From Candidatus Oxydemutator sp. (lineage in GTDB: Bacteria > Pseudomonadota > Gammaproteobacteria > Poriferisulfidales > Oxydemutatoraceae): a stretch of DNA of 64,000 nt. The translations under genes were made by a program, and so were the position numbers. The stretch covers positions 960,001-1,024,000 of the forward strand of contig OZ241883.1 of assembly GCA_965203445.1 (NCBI GenBank). The letters run 5' to 3'. The notes beneath the pieces were generated by a model. That model searched no databases. It was not told the origin of the DNA and saw nothing but the letters and a program-made list of their open reading frames with translations. Below, one piece after another: positions 56,890-64,000 of this stretch (position 1 is the first letter of the stretch; the number at the start of each line of letters is the position of its first letter).

Positions 56890-59846
56890 GCGCCTCTCCT
56901 CAGGACGTCGCGGAACGCGCGCCTGAGATTGACCGCGCGGTGCGTCTGGTAGCGCAGCGGCGGCGCGTCTTGGGCCGCGGCGGCGGCGCCGGCGGCGCGC
57001 CCGAACAGCGGCCACGTACGGTTTTCATCGTCGCCGGCCGGGGTGATTTTGACGCGCAGATCGTACCACGCCGCCTGGCCGGTGATCGGATCCGAATTGG
57101 TGACGGCGGGCGCGTCGCCGTCGGTGGACGGATCGCGCGGCAGCAGCTCGCCGATCAGGTGGTTCATCAGAAAGCCCTGGTTCGATTCGTTGGCGTCGGC
57201 GGACAGCCCCCAGGTGCCGCGCTCCTTGCCGATCGCGTTCCACGTCCACACGGTGTCTTCCTGCACGCCCTCCATCCATTGCACGCGCACGCGCACCTTG
57301 CCGTTGTGCGACTCCATCCATACCCACGAACCGTCGGCGATGCCCATGCGCTCGGCCTGGGCGCGGTTCATGTAGAGGCGGTTCTGGGTGTGTATCTGGC
57401 GCAGCCACGCGTTTTGCGAATCCCACGAGTGGTACATCGCCATCGGGCGTTGCGTGATCGCGTAAAACGGGTACTCGTCGCCGCTGGTCAGCGATTGTTC
57501 GAGCGGCCGGTAATAGAACGGCAGCGGCTCGAAGAACGCGCGGATGCGCGCGCGCTGGTATTCGTGCGGCGGCTGCGGGCCGTCGTACAGGCCTTGCGCC
57601 GCGAGCCGGAATTTTTGCAGCGGTTCGGAATACAGTTCGAGCACAATCGGATCGTCGCAGGCGTTGAAGCCGGCTTCCTTGGCGAACGCAAGGTAGTCCT
57701 TGTTGGCGAAGCGGTAAAAGCGCATATGGGGCGGCAATTCGTGGCGGAAGAAACAGCCGTTCTCGATGTATCGCTCCCATTGCCTCGGGTTCGGCGCGCC
57801 GCGCAGCGGGGTGTCGCCGTCCGCGCCACGCCAGCCGGCGAGGAAGCCGATACCCGGCGCCTTCTCGAAGCGCACGACGAAATCCTTGTAGTCCTTGTAC
57901 TTGGGGCTGCCGTCGTCGTTGACAAACGCCGGAAAGCGCAGGCGCGCGGCCAACTCGACCATGACCTCCTGCCACGGGCGCGCGTTGCGGTCGGGCGCCA
58001 TCACCGGCGCGCGGATCGAGTCGCACACGGCGTCGGGTTCGGAAATCGGGCGGTCGAGCAGCGAGATCGTATCGTAGCGTTCGAGATAGGTCGTATCCGG
58101 CAGCACCAGGTCGGCGAAGCGCACCATCTCGGAATCGAAGGCGTCAATCACGACCAGGAACGGGATCTTGTATTCGCCGCCCGCGTCCTTCGCCTTCAGC
58201 ATCTCGCGCACCTTGGCGGTGTTCATCGTCGAGTTCCAACTCATATTGGCCATGAACATCATCAGCGTGTCCACGGGATAGGGGTCGCCGTTGACCGCGT
58301 TGGTGATGACCATGTGCATCAGTCCGTGGTTGGCGAGCGGCGCGTCCCACGAGTAGGCCTTGTCTATGCGCAGCGGATTGCCGCGCGCGTCCACCGCCAA
58401 GTCCTCGGGCGCGGTCGGGAAGCCGAGCGGCGGCGCCGCCAGCGGCTTGCCCGCGGCGGTTGCGGTCGCCGGCTTCAGCGGCGGCGGGATATGGCGCGGG
58501 AACGGCGCTTTCGCGCGGTGGCCGCCGGGGCAGTCAATCGCGCCCAACAGTATCTGCAACAGATGGATCGCGCGGCAGGTCTGAAAACCGTTCGAGTGCG
58601 CCGATATGCCGCGCATCGCGTGCATCGAGACCGGACGCCCGACAAAACGGTCGTGTTTGCGCCCGGCGGAATCGGTCCACTCGCACGCCACCTCTATCGT
58701 CTCCTTGAACGCGACGTGCGCGATTTCGAGCGCCAGACGCTCGATGACGTCGGCGCCGATGCCGCATACTTTGGCCGCGTTTGCGGGCGCGTAGCACGGA
58801 TCGAGGTATTTCTCGGCGAGCAGCGTGAACACGGTTTTGGCGGTCTCGCCGTCGGGCGTGCGATATTCGCCGAACAGCGCCGGTCGCGTGCCGGTCGCGG
58901 TGCCGTCTGCGAGCGCGCCGCTCGCAAGGTCGTGAATCTGCGGACGACCCTCGGGGTCGCGGCAGATCAGCCCGTCGCCTTTCTCGCCGGGCTTTTGCAG
59001 CACCAGATAGGGCGCGTTGGTGTAGCGCACGAGGAATTCCCAATCGAACAGCTCGCGCGCGAGCAGCACGTGGATCATCGAGAGCGCCAGCATCGCGTCG
59101 GTGCCGGGCTTGATCGGCAGCCACTCGTCGGCGATGGCCTGGTAGCCGGTGCGCACCGGGTTGATCGCGACGAACTTGCCGCCGCGCCGCTTCAGCTTTT
59201 CCAGCCCGATCTTGATCGGATTGGACGAGTGATCCTCGGCCACGCCCCACAGCAGAAAGTATCTGGTGCGCTCCCAGTCCGGGTCGCCGAACTCCCAGAA
59301 CGAATGGCCGAGTGTGTACAGCCCCGCCGCCGCCATGTTGACCGAGCAGAAGCCGCCGTGCGCGGCCCAGTTGACGGTGCCGAACTGCTGCGCCCACAGC
59401 CCGGTGAGCGCCTGCATCTGGTCGCGCCCGGTAAAGTAGGCGAGCTTGGTCGGGTCGGTGGCGCGGATTTTCTCCAGGCGCGCGACGAGGAGGTCGAGCG
59501 CGCGCTCCCACGAAATCTCCTCGAACTCGCCGGCGCCGCGCTCGGCGCCGGGCTTGCGCAACAGCGGGCTTTTCAGTTTCGCCGGCGACATCTGCTTCAT
59601 GATGCCGGCGTTGCCCTTCGCGCACAGCACGCCGCGGTTGATCGGATGGTCGGGATTGCCCTGGATGAAGCGGATTTTGTCGTCCTCGAGCGTGACCTTG
59701 ATACCGCAGCGGCACGCGCACATGTAGCAGGTGGTGTATTTGACTTCCTGCGCCGCGTGATCCTCGAAGCGCGGCAGAGCGGCGCCTTCGTTGGCGCTGT
59801 CCGGCGTCGTTTCGGGCCTCGCTTCGGGTTTGGCCGGCAGCGGCAT
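56886..59846 (-). CDS. soeA: Molybdopterin catalytic subunit of cytoplasmic sulfite dehydrogenase
   Basis: TTCYMCACRCG, no Tat signal, AAHGGFCSVN, MRGISAHSNGF, YHSWDSQN. Confidence 0.87.
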   Translation of the reverse strand: MPLPAKPEARPETTPDSANEGAALPRFEDHAAQEVKYTTCYMCACRCGIKVTLEDDKIRFIQGNPDHPINRGVLCAKGNAGIMKQMSPAKLKSPLLRKPGAERGAGEFEEISWERALDLLVARLEKIRATDPTKLAYFTGRDQMQALTGLWAQQFGTVNWAAHGGFCSVNMAAAGLYTLGHSFWEFGDPDWERTRYFLLWGVAEDHSSNPIKIGLEKLKRRGGKFVAINPVRTGYQAIADEWLPIKPGTDAMLALSMIHVLLARELFDWEFLVRYTNAPYLVLQKPGEKGDGLICRDPEGRPQIHDLASGALADGTATGTRPALFGEYRTPDGETAKTVFTLLAEKYLDPCYAPANAAKVCGIGADVIERLALEIAHVAFKETIEVACEWTDSAGRKHDRFVGRPVSMHAMRGISAHSNGFQTCRAIHLLQILLGAIDCPGGHRAKAPFPRHIPPPLKPATATAAGKPLAAPPLGFPTAPEDLAVDARGNPLRIDKAYSWDAPLANHGLMHMVITNAVNGDPYPVDTLMMFMANMSWNSTMNTAKVREMLKAKDAGGEYKIPFLVVIDAFDSEMVRFADLVLPDTTYLERYDTISLLDRPISEPDAVCDSIRAPVMAPDRNARPWQEVMVELAARLRFPAFVNDDGSPKYKDYKDFVVRFEKAPGIGFLAGWRGADGDTPLRGAPNPRQWERYIENGCFFRHELPPHMRFYRFANKDYLAFAKEAGFNACDDPIVLELYSEPLQKFRLAAQGLYDGPQPPHEYQRARIRAFFEPLPFYYRPLEQSLTSGDEYPFYAITQRPMAMYHSWDSQNAWLRQIHTQNRLYMNRAQAERMGIADGSWVWMESHNGKVRVRVQWMEGVQEDTVWTWNAIGKERGTWGLSADANESNQGFLMNHLIGELLPRDPSTDGDAPAVTNSDPITGQAAWYDLRVKITPAGDDENRTWPLFGRAAGAAAAAQDAPPLRYQTHRAVNLRRAFRDVLRRGA

Positions 59847-59912
59847 CTGTTTCGGTCGCGTGTTTCTGGTCGTCGGAGGGATGAAAGGTGCAGTGTACAA
59901 CAAAAGCCCGGT

Positions 59913-59932
59913 GGCTTCTATGTATAGAAGCC
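59913..59932. promoter_or_regulatory. Palindrome between the recQ stop and the soeA promoter
   Basis: GGCTTCTAT-GT-ATAGAAGCC. Confidence 0.55.
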
Positions 59933-59942
59933 TCCAAAAGCA

Positions 59943-61808
<1,866 letters not shown>

Positions 61809-62009
61809 GGCGCTATGGTCGGGTATCGGTTGCCGGGATGACGGGGCGATGGGCTGAAATTCAGTGTACAACAGAAGCGCCGCGTCTACTATATTTATGC
61901 CTTCACTGTTATTCTGATTATAATTGGTCGGTGCGTCGCCGCCGGGCAACCCGTCCTCGATGTACCTGCTGTAAAAAACAAAATCATAACCAGAATATGG
62001 ATTTTGATA

Positions 62010-63212
62010 GTGCTTATTTCTGAACTTCGAGAGATACTGGCCCAGCCTGAGAACTCCAGGGTGGAGTTCAAGTCTGCCGTCAATGCCGAGAATCTTGCGA
62101 AATCAATCGTTGGTTTTGCCAATACGCACGGCGGCAAACTGTTCATCGGCGTCAACGATGACCGTACCATTTGCGGCATTGACAGGGATGACATGCAAAC
62201 CTGGGTGATGGATACGGTAATCAGGCGTTACATCCATCCTTCCATTATTCCCGCCTACGAAGAGGTCAATATTGACGGCAGGCGGGTTGTGGCCATAGAA
62301 GTGCCGCAGGGCGCCTATAAGCCCTACGTCGTGAGAAGAAGCGACAGGGAAGATATATACATCCGATTCGGCGACACGACGCAACTGGCATCGCGCGAAC
62401 AAATTGCGCGTCTGTTCGAGAGCGGCGGGCTTATTTCCGTGGAGAAATTGCCGGTATCGCATAATTGCCGTGAGGATGAACTGGATATGCGTCTTATAAA
62501 AGACTATTTCTCGAACATTCTTGGAGAGGAGGACGTCGGCGATCTGGAGGTTCTTCTCTACAGCAGGGACCTCATGGTACGCCCCGACGAACGCGCCCCG
62601 CTTGTCTGCACGTACGCCGGCCAGCTTCTTTTTGGCAAAAAGCCTCGCAGATGGCTGCCGCAGGCGGGTATCCGCCTGGTGATATTCGGGGGCGAGGATA
62701 AGGATTCTTTTCCAGTGTTGGATGGCGTGCTGGACCAGGCTTTTGTCGGTTTCAGGGGAAGAAGCGATCGCAAGGAGCTCCAACAACCGTCATTGCCCGG
62801 CAGGTTATTGCACTATATGAAACTGCACGCCTATAAAGAACAGGTAACGGATATGCAAAGGGAGAGACACTGGGATTACCCCGTTGACGTTATCCGCGAA
62901 CTGGTGGTCAATGCATATGCGCATAGAGACTGGACCAAGAACGCCGACGTCGAGATCGGCGTGTATGCAAACCGCATGGAAGTAATCAGCCCGGGCGCCC
63001 TCCCGAACGGCTGCACCGTCGAAAAGGTAAAGGCGGGATTGCGCGTTCCGAGAAACTCCAACATGGTAAATATATTGCGCGACTACGGTTTCATGGAGCA
63101 TTTGGGGACGGGCATACGCCGCAAGGTGATTCCGTTGATGAAGGAACACAATGGCACCGAACCTGAGTTCGAAGCGACCGAGGATTATTTCAAGGTAACC
63201 CTGTGGCAGTGA
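62010..63212 (+). CDS. Schlafen/AlbA_2 domain protein with RecG-C/HATPase_c_4-like domain
   Basis: [46 protein letters not shown]. Confidence 0.85.
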   Translation: MLISELREILAQPENSRVEFKSAVNAENLAKSIVGFANTHGGKLFIGVNDDRTICGIDRDDMQTWVMDTVIRRYIHPSIIPAYEEVNIDGRRVVAIEVPQGAYKPYVVRRSDREDIYIRFGDTTQLASREQIARLFESGGLISVEKLPVSHNCREDELDMRLIKDYFSNILGEEDVGDLEVLLYSRDLMVRPDERAPLVCTYAGQLLFGKKPRRWLPQAGIRLVIFGGEDKDSFPVLDGVLDQAFVGFRGRSDRKELQQPSLPGRLLHYMKLHAYKEQVTDMQRERHWDYPVDVIRELVVNAYAHRDWTKNADVEIGVYANRMEVISPGALPNGCTVEKVKAGLRVPRNSNMVNILRDYGFMEHLGTGIRRKVIPLMKEHNGTEPEFEATEDYFKVTLWQ

Positions 63213-63215
63213 CCC

Positions 63216-63936
63216 GAGAATCTTCCGTCGAAGTCTTTGCGATCCTGGCTTGCGAGATTAGAAGACGTGGTTCTTGTATCCTTAGTGCGCTTAGTCTTGC
63301 TTTATTGTGCGGCGCGCGTCCGCGTCCTTATGCCGCCGCTTCGCCTCGCTCTATCCCGCCGGTGTCTCGCCCGCCTTTATCGTCGCGTTCTCGTTGTGGC
63401 TGTCGCGTTGCCTGGGCGCCGACACCAAGGCCACATCTACCATCCGCCCACGACGCGCCGCAAGGCCTGCCGCGTCTATCTGCGACAGCAACTCATCGAA
63501 CAGTTTCTTCATCAGGTCGCGCTTCTTCAAACGCTCCCGGAACACCCGTATCGTCTTTGCGTCCGGCACCCGTCCCTCCGGCGGCAAACCCAAAAAACGA
63601 CAAAAACTGCGGCGGTCGCGGATCTGAAACTCCGTTTGCTCATCCGACAGATTGTAGAGATGCTGCAATACCAGCACTTTGAACATCAAGACCGCATCGA
63701 AGGGCGGACGCCCGCCCTTGCCCACCACCCGCTTCTTGTATACCCCGGTCAGCAGCGGACGAAATTTTTCCCAGGCAATGGAGCGTTCCAATTTGGGCAG
63801 CGGATCGCCCAGTCTTTCAAGCACCCTGAGACGGTCTTCATGGTTGAAAAGCCGGGTTGCATCAGAGCGACCTCCGAGTCAAAGCAATGGCGGGAACTTC
63901 AATGATAACTGATAAAGGGGTCTTTTATAGATTCTC
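63216..63936 (-). pseudogene. Decayed, 3'-truncated IS5-family element
   Basis: Left end GAGAATCTATAAAAGA at 63936; ATG 63862 with a frameshift after MQPGF; GGRPPFD, NLSDEQTE, VPDAKT, MVD motifs; several in-frame stops. Confidence 0.88.
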
Positions 63937-64000
63937 TTATACACGTCCGCAGTGCTTGTGCGCACCGGCGCTACTTGGCCAGTACGATGTGACGATTCAC

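Noticed and set aside
63216-63223. GAGAATCT as the right IR of the IS5 remnant
   Set aside because: Only 8 bp match the left end and it falls mid-transposase; may be chance or an internal deletion, not supportable

Overview
GC-rich gammaproteobacterial chromosome segment, probably from a sulfur oxidiser (soeABC-like sulfite dehydrogenase). Housekeeping blocks: cytochrome c oxidase assembly genes, rpoH, ilvA, rpiA, tRNA-Lys/argS, glnA-ntrBC, pyrD, gpsA-secB-grxC, def-fmt-trkAH, ugd and recQ. Accessory material is concentrated at about 9-30 kb: five DNA methyltransferase genes (one lies outside, at 32.7 kb), McrBC, three AAA+/DUF4143-type ATPases and a broken restriction endonuclease. IS481 and IS5 remnants lie at the window edges. 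The main finding is two ~1.3 kb elements (10249-11503, 15120-16431), each carrying only a catalytically intact tnpB but bounded by 23-24 bp terminal inverted repeats starting GGGAATTATATA; one has a perfect 8-bp target-site duplication. These are DDE (IS1595-like) ends, not IS200/IS605 ends. The predicted omega-RNA appears co-adapted to the TIR: a terminal hairpin uses the TIR as its 3' arm, and a GGGAAT loop can pseudoknot with the terminal ATTCCC. Other notable items are methyltransferase cassettes flanked by duplicated host-gene 3' ends, a stand-alone ZorAB/MotAB-like pair and an orphan 23-Cys EGKCG-repeat precursor. All calls come from reading the sequence by eye; no searches were run.
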